Source of the DNA: a virus
Length of the DNA stretch: 64,000 bases
Strand: one strand, 5' to 3'
Virus record (IMG/VR): IMGVR_UViG_3300026534_000102
Span: 32,001 to 96,000 of that record
The position numbers and the translations under genes are program-made. The notes under the pieces are model-generated. The model had not been told where the DNA came from, searched no databases, and was given only the letters and a program-made list of their open reading frames with translations. Of this stretch, positions 9,220-18,204 are shown in pieces (position 1 is the first letter of the stretch; every line of letters starts with the position of its first letter).

Positions 9220-10815
9220 TTATTTTATTTTGTAGTACACCACATCTTCATTCAATCTATCTGCTCTATTTTCACCAATAATAACTGCACCATTATTTGT
9301 CGCCAAAAAAACAGTATTCCCACTGGTAGAAGTTCTTTCCGTAATAAAAAAATCATTTATTTGGACTTCTTTAGGAAATATCTTGTCAATGCCTCTATAT
9401 ACATAATCTAAACTATCTTCTGTCCAATCTGAACTATTATCGTAGAGTACGTTTAAATTATTATAATACAGAAGCTGCTCTTTGTCAATACTACTAACAT
9501 GAATATTACTAGAATCATAAGTTCTTACCCGAATCCAATATAAATCAATATAAAAATTAGAGTCTGTTGACTCGCCGGCGAATAATTTTAATCTTCTTTC
9601 TGCTTTATTATTAGTTTCACCTATCCACACATCATTAATATACAACACATCGTTTTTTTCCACCCACATCTCTATTTTATTTTGAGAAATAGTAGTTGTA
9701 AACAAATATTTAGCAGTATCAGAAAAATTATTGTTAGTAGCTTTTCTATAAGCTACTTCATTAAACAAAACTTCTCTAGCAATACTATTCCCTTTATACC
9801 ACTGTATCCCTTCTTCATAAGGAACTATTGTATTTACATAATTAATTCTATCAGTAGTCCCATGATTTTTATATAAATATTGTTCTATAATTAGTGGAAA
9901 ATTCACAGTACCGCTACTCAATAAATAATCACCAGTAGTAGCTTTGTATCTTAAAGCACCATTTACTATTGAAAAAGAAGATGGATCACCAACAACAGTC
10001 CATTTATTAGTGTCTAAAGTTGTAGAATTAAAATCATCGTATAAAACAAAAACCTCATCAGGGTCACTTTCAGAAACCGTTAAATTCTCATCCCCATATA
10101 ACATATAGACATAAGAAGATCCGAAAGGCGGTTTTATCCAAATAACAGAACCTGTTGGTGACCATTTTTCTATGAAATAAGGAACTTTATTTCCCGCGGA
10201 ATCAAAAAATCTAATATCATACCCATACGTATGTGCGTGTGAATAATCAAAAGTAATAGAATTAAATTCAACTTTAATTTGATAATCATCTTTAGATACA
10301 GGACCAGAAAAATTTATTTTTTGAAAGTACTTTCCATTGTAGACCAAATTATGCTGTGTATGTTTTGTGGTGTAATACAATTCTCCCAGAGAGGTCTGAT
10401 AACATTTTTCAAATGCACAAAATAAACCACCACTTATAGAGGTTTTTATATGTGTGCCTGATGAAAATTTAATTTGGTCTACACCAGATACAGTGGTGGC
10501 ACACAAATAATCACCATTACCATGAATGTAATTTATACCATTGTTTGTAATATCTGGAAATTGTTTATAATAACTTAAATCATTAAATATACCACCAGAA
10601 ATAGAAGTTAGTGGGTGTTTTAATATACCTGATACTGTTGTACCGATATATAAAAATTCATTATTTGCCCAAACAGAAGAGGCCTTATCTTCTACTAAAA
10701 TAATCCCTTTAAAATTAGCATTAACATCGTAAACATTAACACCTGACACTACACAATGAAAAATATAGTCATCAGAAACCCATATGTTTCTATATTGTGG
10801 CTCAAGGACGCCCAT
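9220..10815 (-). CDS. Virion-type protein: beta-propeller-like scaffold with an inserted DUF2341/lectin-like region
   Basis: DIRFFDSAGNKVPYFIEKW...IWIK...YMLYG and LYDDF..LDTNKW are DUF2341-like. The N- and C-terminal parts align by eye with ORF 35844..36608. Confidence 0.7.
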   Translation of the reverse strand: MGVLEPQYRNIWVSDDYIFHCVVSGVNVYDVNANFKGIILVEDKASSVWANNEFLYIGTTVSGILKHPLTSISGGIFNDLSYYKQFPDITNNGINYIHGNGDYLCATTVSGVDQIKFSSGTHIKTSISGGLFCAFEKCYQTSLGELYYTTKHTQHNLVYNGKYFQKINFSGPVSKDDYQIKVEFNSITFDYSHAHTYGYDIRFFDSAGNKVPYFIEKWSPTGSVIWIKPPFGSSYVYMLYGDENLTVSESDPDEVFVLYDDFNSTTLDTNKWTVVGDPSSFSIVNGALRYKATTGDYLLSSGTVNFPLIIEQYLYKNHGTTDRINYVNTIVPYEEGIQWYKGNSIAREVLFNEVAYRKATNNNFSDTAKYLFTTTISQNKIEMWVEKNDVLYINDVWIGETNNKAERRLKLFAGESTDSNFYIDLYWIRVRTYDSSNIHVSSIDKEQLLYYNNLNVLYDNSSDWTEDSLDYVYRGIDKIFPKEVQINDFFITERTSTSGNTVFLATNNGAVIIGENRADRLNEDVVYYKIK

Positions 10816-10818
10816 AAT

Positions 10819-11310
10819 CTACTCCATAATTTTGTTTCTAAGAATTTCATACACTTCACATAATACTCCATCACCACCATTAGATTTAAGAACAATGTCG
10901 GATAATGCTTTTATTTCGTATATAGCATCAGCTGGGCAAATTGAAATCTGTGCCATCTTAAATAAAGAGATATCTGAAAAACTACTACCTATATATAAAA
11001 CATTTTCTAATGTTACATTATATCTTCTAAGGGCAGCCAAAAATGCTTCTTTTTTTCCTTGCTCCGACCAAAAAAATGGTATATTTTTTCGGCGGCATAA
11101 GTGATAATTTATTCTATTATCAGACGATACGAAAATAAACTTATATCCACGTTTTTTTATCTCATTAATAGCTTCGAAGTCTTTAAAGTTATATGTCTTA
11201 AAAAGAGTATTTCCTAACTCATCAATAGGTGATGAGTGATTAGTTAAAATACCATCTATTTCACTTACGCAAATCTTAATATTATTCAACATGATTTGAT
11301 TATTTCCCAT
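10819..11310 (-). CDS. KdsC/YrbI-like HAD phosphatase family protein (catalytic motif degenerate)
   Basis: VSEIDGILT, FKTYNFKD, YIGSSFSDI, CPADA, GGDGVLCEV resemble KdsC and the CMP-sialic acid synthetase C-terminal domain. Confidence 0.8.
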   Translation of the reverse strand: MGNNQIMLNNIKICVSEIDGILTNHSSPIDELGNTLFKTYNFKDFEAINEIKKRGYKFIFVSSDNRINYHLCRRKNIPFFWSEQGKKEAFLAALRRYNVTLENVLYIGSSFSDISLFKMAQISICPADAIYEIKALSDIVLKSNGGDGVLCEVYEILRNKIME

Positions 11311-12427
11311 TTAAAAAATTATCCAATAACACTGTGATAAACCTGACTTTTTCTCCAGAAAGATTAGGGTGCATTGGTAAAGACAGTAAAGTTTTACTTA
11401 ACTCCTCAGCAACTGGAAACACCTGTTTATTATATTCTTTATAAGCAGTTTGTTTATGACACGGAATAGGATAATGCAAAGCAGCTTCTACCCCATTAGA
11501 TTTTAAATACCTTTGAAGACTATCTCTAATGTTTCTAGACTTACACTTTACTTCATACAAATGGTATACATTACTTACTTTAAATTTAGATCTAACTGTA
11601 TGTTGTCTATCTAAATTTTTAATATTATCTATGCCAGTATTATACAACGTAGCAAAAAATGTTCTGAAAAAATTCCAAGTAGATATCTCATTTAGACAAT
11701 AATACAAAAATAAAGCATTAATAGAGTCTAGTCTTGAATTAAAACCTACGTATTGATATTCATAGTGGGAATCTTTAACTCGGCCAACGTTTGCTAAGCT
11801 CTCTATTTTATCTGCGAGTTCTTTACTGTCAGTAATTATTGCCCCACCTTGTCCTAAACCACCTAGATTTTTCGTTGGGTAAAAAGAAAATGCACCAATA
11901 TCTCCAAAAGTTCCAACTTTTTGATTATTATAAACAGCACCAATAGCTTGAGCACAATCTTCTATAACTTTTAAGTTATATTTATTAGCAATCTCTAATA
12001 CTTTTTTCATATCTACTGGATTACCATATAAATGTACAGGAATAATTGCTTTAGTTTTATCAGTAATAGCTTCTTCTATTTTTTCACAATCTATATTATA
12101 AGTTTTAGGGTCAGCATCTACAAAAACAACTTTTGCGCGCGCGTGGGAAACAGCAAAAGCTGTAGCAATAAAAGTATTAGCAGGAACAATTACTTCGTCT
12201 CCTGGACCAATATCTAATGCAAGTAAAGATAATAAAAGAGCATCTGTTCCAGAACCAACTCCAACGCAATAATTAACATCATGAAATTCAGCAAACGCCT
12301 TTTGAAACGTATCAACCCAATAACCACCTACGAACGTACCTCGTTCTATACACGTATATATATCAGAAATAATTAATGGTGCTATATTTTCATATTGTTT
12401 TTTCAGATCTACAAACGGTATTGTCAT
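11300..12427 (-). CDS. DegT/DnrJ/EryC1/StrS PLP-dependent NDP-sugar aminotransferase (WbpE/GnnB/FdtB-like)
   Basis: IPFVDL, GSGTDAL, PANTFIAT, PVHLYG, IEDCAQA, SFYPTKNLG (PLP lysine), NSRLD, HYPIP, LSLPMHP. Confidence 0.95.
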   Translation of the reverse strand: MTIPFVDLKKQYENIAPLIISDIYTCIERGTFVGGYWVDTFQKAFAEFHDVNYCVGVGSGTDALLLSLLALDIGPGDEVIVPANTFIATAFAVSHARAKVVFVDADPKTYNIDCEKIEEAITDKTKAIIPVHLYGNPVDMKKVLEIANKYNLKVIEDCAQAIGAVYNNQKVGTFGDIGAFSFYPTKNLGGLGQGGAIITDSKELADKIESLANVGRVKDSHYEYQYVGFNSRLDSINALFLYYCLNEISTWNFFRTFFATLYNTGIDNIKNLDRQHTVRSKFKVSNVYHLYEVKCKSRNIRDSLQRYLKSNGVEAALHYPIPCHKQTAYKEYNKQVFPVAEELSKTLLSLPMHPNLSGEKVRFITVLLDNFLNGK

Positions 12428-12930
12428 TTATTACTTCCTTTCTTTTTTACTAACTTCACGGGAGTTCCGACATAAATACCTGGTTCAACTATATCATCTT
12501 TAACAAAAGAATTAGCACCAACTATGACATCATCACAAATTTTTGCTGAAGCAGAAATTTTAGTGCCCGCGCCAATAAAACAATTCTTTCCTATAATAGC
12601 CCCTATCTTTTTCTCTCTATCAGATTCGGCACCCAAAGTAATTACATTTGGACCTATAAAAGTGTTATTTCTTATCATAGCATAATCAGTTACAATAGTA
12701 CCATATTTGATAATAACATTATCTTCTATAACAGCATGGCTGCCTATTCTTATCCTACCTTGTATCAAACAACCATTTCCTATCATTACACCTGGTTCTA
12801 ACTCGCAATAACTACCCACACGAGTTCCTCTGCCAATAAAAACATCTTTCCAAATATGATTAAAATGACCGATCGAAACACCATTATCAATGCGATCTGA
12901 TTCTATAACGTTAAACTGTCCTATTTGCAT
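12424..12930 (-). CDS. Hexapeptide-repeat (left-handed beta-helix) acyltransferase
   Basis: Continuous [IV]GxxxxI hexapeptide repeats; ends IVGANSFV..DI..PGIYVGTP. Confidence 0.88.
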   Translation of the reverse strand: MQIGQFNVIESDRIDNGVSIGHFNHIWKDVFIGRGTRVGSYCELEPGVMIGNGCLIQGRIRIGSHAVIEDNVIIKYGTIVTDYAMIRNNTFIGPNVITLGAESDREKKIGAIIGKNCFIGAGTKISASAKICDDVIVGANSFVKDDIVEPGIYVGTPVKLVKKKGSNK

Positions 12931-13574
12931 CTGGTTTCCTCCACAGTTATATTTCTAACAACTTTAGCCGGCACACCCATGGCCAACACTCCCGCGGGAA
13001 TATCTTTGGACACTACAGCGCTTGCTGCTATGATAGAGTCAGCCCCTATAGTTACTCCAGGTAATACACTAACATTCATTCCAAGAGTCGCCCAATCCTG
13101 TATTTTTGGGCCAGTAAATGCAAAACCATCACCAGCATCATCTCGACCCATGCTATTATCATTGCCCATCATAACTCCTGGACCTATAAACACATTATTA
13201 CCTAAAACAGCATCACTAGATACATTTGTGAGATCCATTACTCTAGTATTACAACCTATAATTGTACGTGCACCTACTTTACAACTTATGCCAATTATGC
13301 TTCCATCTCCAATAGAAACGCCTTCTCTTATATAAACACCGTCACCTATTAAACAATCTTTGCCAATACTCACATTATTATATATAACGGAATTAGCTCC
13401 AATTATTGTGCCATCTCCAATATAGACAGGCAAAGATGCTAACTTAGAATAATCAATTTCGGTCCTCCCTTTGGGAGCCATTGGAGGACGTCCTAATACT
13501 ACATTGGGAAATATAGTAACGTTCTTCCCTATTTGTACATCACCAAAACTAATTAAATTGTTTGAATAAGTCAT
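12921..13574 (-). CDS. NDP-amino-sugar N-acyltransferase (WbpD/WxcM-like left-handed beta-helix)
   Basis: Hexapeptide repeats, FIGPGVMMGND, VLPGVTIG..S.IAASAVVSKDIP...AMGVPAKV. Confidence 0.9.
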   Translation of the reverse strand: MTYSNNLISFGDVQIGKNVTIFPNVVLGRPPMAPKGRTEIDYSKLASLPVYIGDGTIIGANSVIYNNVSIGKDCLIGDGVYIREGVSIGDGSIIGISCKVGARTIIGCNTRVMDLTNVSSDAVLGNNVFIGPGVMMGNDNSMGRDDAGDGFAFTGPKIQDWATLGMNVSVLPGVTIGADSIIAASAVVSKDIPAGVLAMGVPAKVVRNITVEETRCK

Positions 13575-14532
13575 ATTCTATTTCAGTCCTATCTAATTTT
13601 TTATATAATTCCCTATGTTGGTTTGCCACACTTTCATTGTATTTCACAATAACATCAAAAAAAGATTTAATTTCGGGCAATGGCGCATCTGGAACTTCTC
13701 CTAAAACCCATTCTTTTCTAACTCTTGTCAATTTTAAAAATTGTTCATGCGCTAGTTTATATCCATTATAACCATTCCATTGAGAGGGGTGTGGTGGGTT
13801 CTTTATACTTGGCATCCCAATCGCCTGCCCATCTAAATTTAAACTATATCTAAACTGTCTATTTAATTTATTAGCTATTTTTTTGTGTGAGCTCATACCA
13901 TGATGTAAAACAACTAAAGGAAGTGGCTGCTTATCAGAAACAAAATTTATACTTGCAACTTTCATAGAACCATTGAACCTATTAGGCCTATGGGCTCCTT
14001 GATGTGCTACACTAACTCTGTACGGACCTACAAACTCCCACCCACTGTTATGCTTCCAACAGGAATTTGAGACACTTGTGATAACAGCATTGCCCCAAAT
14101 ACCATCTGATCTAAACCACCACTTAGAACGCCATAAATTAACTATAGGAAAACAAATCATATTTATATCTTTATCCATATAATATTCCAATCGTTCTCTA
14201 AATAAACTCTTACCATTTATGGCATAAAATGCTTTCGAATATGTCTGATCCATCGCACGCATTTCGATCCAATCAGGCTCAAACGTGGCACAGTACTTCG
14301 CTAACACCATCCATCTATTAAGTGAATAATTTTTTATACTATTTTTTTCATTTCTAAAGACATGTATGTGAGAGTATTTTTTTTCATACTGTAAAAGCTC
14401 TTCATAACCACCATCAGTACTACCATCATCTAAAAATACAATATGATCATGGTCTGTTAAAAGCAGATCATCAATTCGCTGCTTTATATAATCTATTTCA
14501 TTAAAACAAGGAATTCCAACAACAATTTTCAT
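13549..14532 (-). CDS. Glycosyltransferase family 2-like protein (DxD degenerate)
   Basis: IPCFNE...LDDGSTDG GT-A N-terminus; WIEMRAMDQ at the usual WxxxLDADE site. Confidence 0.8.
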   Translation of the reverse strand: MKIVVGIPCFNEIDYIKQRIDDLLLTDHDHIVFLDDGSTDGGYEELLQYEKKYSHIHVFRNEKNSIKNYSLNRWMVLAKYCATFEPDWIEMRAMDQTYSKAFYAINGKSLFRERLEYYMDKDINMICFPIVNLWRSKWWFRSDGIWGNAVITSVSNSCWKHNSGWEFVGPYRVSVAHQGAHRPNRFNGSMKVASINFVSDKQPLPLVVLHHGMSSHKKIANKLNRQFRYSLNLDGQAIGMPSIKNPPHPSQWNGYNGYKLAHEQFLKLTRVRKEWVLGEVPDAPLPEIKSFFDVIVKYNESVANQHRELYKKLDRTEIEYDLFKQFN

Positions 14533-14534
14533 AT

Positions 14535-15170
14535 TTACAACTTCTCCCCACTTTTATAAACAAAAAATCCCTTTATAAAGTCTGACGCAGTTATAATAAG
14601 ACTTTTTCTAATAAGTTTTGAAGCATGTCTATTTAAACCTACCTCATTAACTTTAATAGGCTTAGCAGGAACACCTGCCCAAATTACACCGTCTGGAGAA
14701 GTACCTTTAAAAAAAGCATTCGCGCCAATCATACAATAATTTCCAATTTTGGCTCTCTGATGTGTAGTAGAATTTAAACCAAAATAACAATAATCTCCTG
14801 AAACATGATGCCCTCCGATGATACTTTCTGTAGATAGCACACTATACTTACCCAAAATGGCATCATGCCCAACATGTGCCTTAGCCATTATGTAACTATG
14901 TTCTCCTATCCTGGTTTCCTCACTAAAAATAGGAGCATTTATAGTAACATACTCCCTTATTTCAACATTATCTTCTATAATAACTTTTCCGTTTTGATCA
15001 TCAGGATCATGTGGATGTTCTCCTGGCAATCCCAAAGAGGCATTATAAATCTTACAATTCTTACCAACTACAACTCTAGAAGATATATAAGTAAATGGGC
15101 CTATATAAGTTCCTTCTCCAATTTCTTCTGTTTCCACTACCGCAGTCGGATGTATAAAAACATTATTCAT
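14535..15170 (-). CDS. LpxA-like UDP-sugar acyltransferase
   Basis: IHPTAVV start, IREYVTIN, T.IG...IMAKAHVGHD (LpxA catalytic His context), HQ..IG..MIG, and NEVGLNR resembling LpxA N..GL.R. Confidence 0.82.
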   Translation of the reverse strand: MNNVFIHPTAVVETEEIGEGTYIGPFTYISSRVVVGKNCKIYNASLGLPGEHPHDPDDQNGKVIIEDNVEIREYVTINAPIFSEETRIGEHSYIMAKAHVGHDAILGKYSVLSTESIIGGHHVSGDYCYFGLNSTTHQRAKIGNYCMIGANAFFKGTSPDGVIWAGVPAKPIKVNEVGLNRHASKLIRKSLIITASDFIKGFFVYKSGEKL

Positions 15171-15173
15171 AAC

Positions 15174-16013
15174 TTAATTCTCCTTAAAACACCATAATTT
15201 ATTAATTTCCTTATCATCACATATATATTCAGTAGCTTGGTTTTTATGGTCTTCTATCCATTTGGAAACATATTTAGGATGACTTCCGGTAAAAACTTTA
15301 GCCCCGACTTTATCAAAAGCGTAACTGAAAGAACGAGGCTCTGCTAATTTACCACCTTTATATTCGGAGCTATATTGATATAAATCATCTGCCTTTTTTG
15401 ACTTCCTACCAAGCGCCCTTGGGTCTCTACAATTACCGTAATGATATAAAACAATGTTGGAAAGAAAACAACCAGCCATATGTGCGGTCATACCATTCGG
15501 CCAAATTAAATCATCCGCACAGCCCTTTTCAATATGATGGAGCCTAATTCCTGTACTACGTTTACATAACCTTGTGTGTCTTTTGTACCAAGCAGGGCCA
15601 TCTATATAATGTGTTGGTCTACCATAAAAATGTATAACTTTAAAAGAAACAGCAGGAATTCCTTTATTAGTTAGCTCACGTATAGCTAAAATATCATTTT
15701 CATGTATCACTTCATCTGCATCTATAAATATAACATAAGCATCAAAAGGTATTTTGTCAAGTAGGAAATTCTTCTGATCAGCCCACACACGCCTATTATG
15801 TTCCCACTCCCTTTCAAAAATCACAACACGGTCTTTACCATATTCTTTTTGCAAAGTATACAATAGGTCTAACGTGCCATCAGTAGATTTCCCATCATTA
15901 ATATAAATGTTATCACACAAGTCCATCATACTACGCACAGTGGCCTCTAAACAATAATCAAGGGTAAGACATTGGTGAGTTATTAAATGCGCTGAAATCA
16001 CACTTGAGCCCAT
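15174..16013 (-). CDS. Glycosyltransferase family 2
   Basis: NDGKSTDGT, QKN, IFIDADE (intact DxD), HFYG, YHYG. Confidence 0.9.
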   Translation of the reverse strand: MGSSVISAHLITHQCLTLDYCLEATVRSMMDLCDNIYINDGKSTDGTLDLLYTLQKEYGKDRVVIFEREWEHNRRVWADQKNFLLDKIPFDAYVIFIDADEVIHENDILAIRELTNKGIPAVSFKVIHFYGRPTHYIDGPAWYKRHTRLCKRSTGIRLHHIEKGCADDLIWPNGMTAHMAGCFLSNIVLYHYGNCRDPRALGRKSKKADDLYQYSSEYKGGKLAEPRSFSYAFDKVGAKVFTGSHPKYVSKWIEDHKNQATEYICDDKEINKLWCFKEN

Positions 16014-17008
16014 TTACCACCCTCCTTTAGTGATCGTTGCATCGCGGAAAGAGTTTTAACAACACTTACTCCAACTTCCGCTGAAGAGAGGGGTTGTTTA
16101 TTAGTTTTAATAGCATCAATAAAAACCTGGCATTCTTTCATTAGCGGCTCATAGTTTTCCAAATAAGGAATAATAGCGTCACCATATTTATAAAGCATCA
16201 TATGGGATGCAAAAGAACGACTTATTTTAGCCTCCTCTTCATCTATATCTACAGATTTATTATAAAGAGTTATTTTTTTAGGAGCTGATTCGCATACGGC
16301 CATTTGTTTTTCACCAACTACCACTAAACTCCTAATTTTTAGAGGGTCTAACCAACTTAAATGTAAATTACAAATCACTCCATTTTGATATTTCATATTT
16401 ATAAAAGCCACATCTTCTGACCCCTCAAGAATGTGTGCCTTAGCAAACACTTGCGTTTCTTTACATTTGTCTTCTAAAAGAAAATCAATAATGCTGATAT
16501 CGTGAGGAGCTAAATCTTCTATTACATTTGCTGGAGACTGTACTTTTCCTAAATTAAGTCTCTTAGTATAGATATATCTAATTTTACCAAAAGCTTTATT
16601 ACTTATAATTTCTTTCAATTTTAATATTTCAGGGCTGTATAAAAAGATATGTCCAACCATTACTATACTTTTATGCTTTTCTGCCAATTCTTGTATTTTT
16701 TCGGCTTCTTTCACATCCAAAGTCATTGGTTTTTCTATAAAAACATGTTTGCCGTTCATAATAGCTTTTTTAGCTATTTCATAATGAGTGTGCGGAGGTG
16801 TAGCTATAACAACTCCTTGAACATCTTTTTTACCAAGACACCTCTCCCAATCAGTATCAAAAAAAACATCTTTGTATTGGTTATTAGTTGCAAAATTTTT
16901 CAGCGCTTTTTCATTAATATCAAATGCTGCAGCTAAAGAGCCCATATTAAAAAAGGTTCTAAATAAATTTGGTCCCCAATACCCTAATCCAATTAAAACT
17001 ACTTTCAT
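15998..17008 (-). CDS. Gfo/Idh/MocA NAD-dependent oxidoreductase (WbpB/GnnA-like NDP-sugar 3-dehydrogenase)
   Basis: IGLGYWG, IATPPHTH, HVFIEKPM, MVGHIFLY, DLAPHD, HLSWLDP. The probable start is MKVVLIG at 17008; the ORF track extends to 17095. Confidence 0.92.
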   Translation of the reverse strand: MKVVLIGLGYWGPNLFRTFFNMGSLAAAFDINEKALKNFATNNQYKDVFFDTDWERCLGKKDVQGVVIATPPHTHYEIAKKAIMNGKHVFIEKPMTLDVKEAEKIQELAEKHKSIVMVGHIFLYSPEILKLKEIISNKAFGKIRYIYTKRLNLGKVQSPANVIEDLAPHDISIIDFLLEDKCKETQVFAKAHILEGSEDVAFINMKYQNGVICNLHLSWLDPLKIRSLVVVGEKQMAVCESAPKKITLYNKSVDIDEEEAKISRSFASHMMLYKYGDAIIPYLENYEPLMKECQVFIDAIKTNKQPLSSAEVGVSVVKTLSAMQRSLKEGGKWAQV

Positions 17009-17021
17009 GTCTACTTCTTCT

Positions 17022-17675
17022 TCACATTTCATCAGGCCAAATATTACCTCCACCATCAATTTTTTGTTTTTCTTGCAAGGTTCTATAAAGCTCATTCATT
17101 TTGTCAAAATTATATTCTATTCTGGGCTTCCAGTACATATTAAAATGGTGTATATCCTGCTCAACTTTAATTTGTTTCCTCAACCCCATCGGCCATTCAT
17201 GGACATAATGCACTAAATGAATTCTTGGAAAATCATTTCTTATTAATCTAAGCTGCCAATCTGGATACCAATTCTGTTTAGTATATTCTTTTTTCATTTC
17301 AAGATCTTCCCAGTGCCGCCGAGGAAACCATACCCCATCTATATTAGTTTTATTAATTTCTTCTATTAAAGGAGCTAATTTTTCTCCAAACTCGGGCGTA
17401 ATACATTCATCAGGAGCAATGAATAAGGTCCAATCAGACTTACCTTTTAACCAATATAACAAAGTATTCCAAGTTTTACCAAAATTTTCAAATTTAAAAA
17501 ATTTGGTCTTACAACCCAAAGACTCTGCTATTTCTTTAGTGTTGTCAGTGGTAGTATCGTCTATAATTACATAACTTTCATCCACATAAGGTTGCACAGA
17601 ATCCAACATTTTTTCTATACAATGAGCTTCATTTTTCACAAAATTAGCACTAATAAGTTTCGACATATCAAACAT
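17022..17675 (-). CDS. Glycosyltransferase family 2 (DxD degenerate)
   Basis: VKNEA, IDDTTTDNT, NFG..WN, WTLFIAPDE, YPDWQLRL, VHE. Confidence 0.85.
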   Translation of the reverse strand: MFDMSKLISANFVKNEAHCIEKMLDSVQPYVDESYVIIDDTTTDNTKEIAESLGCKTKFFKFENFGKTWNTLLYWLKGKSDWTLFIAPDECITPEFGEKLAPLIEEINKTNIDGVWFPRRHWEDLEMKKEYTKQNWYPDWQLRLIRNDFPRIHLVHYVHEWPMGLRKQIKVEQDIHHFNMYWKPRIEYNFDKMNELYRTLQEKQKIDGGGNIWPDEM

Positions 17676-18204
17676 CCCTCACCTTTTTCATTTTAACAAC
17701 CATATTATAACCTTCCTTTTTCCAAGACTGTTCTTCCAACCCCACGTCTTTGCATATAAACTCAAAAAATCTCCTATCAAAACCTACATAATGAAAATTG
17801 CCTACATAATCTTGACCACCATATAGTAACCAAGAAAAATAATGTGCTATAGGAACACCTCCCTGCATGTCGCTCCTATTTTCTTGATGTCGTTTAACAT
17901 AGTCTTCACAAATAGCCAACAGGTTTGGCAACCTAAATTCTATAATCCCTTCTTTTTTTAAAACTCTAAGCCATTCTCTCATAACGGAAGTAGTTTCAGC
18001 AATAGGGAAGTGTTCTATGATATCACTGGCAAGGATATAATCAAAGTATCCATCTCGGAATGGCAGGTGTCTTACATCTCCTACTATATCGACACAGGGT
18101 AAGGGTCTAAAATCATAATTAGTACACCTATAAAAAGGATGAGGATAACCAGAATATACACGTTCTCCACATCCTATATTCAAAGTCATTTTACGCATAG
18201 TCAT
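17668..18204 (-). CDS. Class I SAM-dependent methyltransferase
   Basis: LNIGCG, GDVRHLPF, ASDIIEH, RVLKKEG; the type usually found in glycan clusters. Confidence 0.9.
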   Translation of the reverse strand: MTMRKMTLNIGCGERVYSGYPHPFYRCTNYDFRPLPCVDIVGDVRHLPFRDGYFDYILASDIIEHFPIAETTSVMREWLRVLKKEGIIEFRLPNLLAICEDYVKRHQENRSDMQGGVPIAHYFSWLLYGGQDYVGNFHYVGFDRRFFEFICKDVGLEEQSWKKEGYNMVVKMKKVRDV

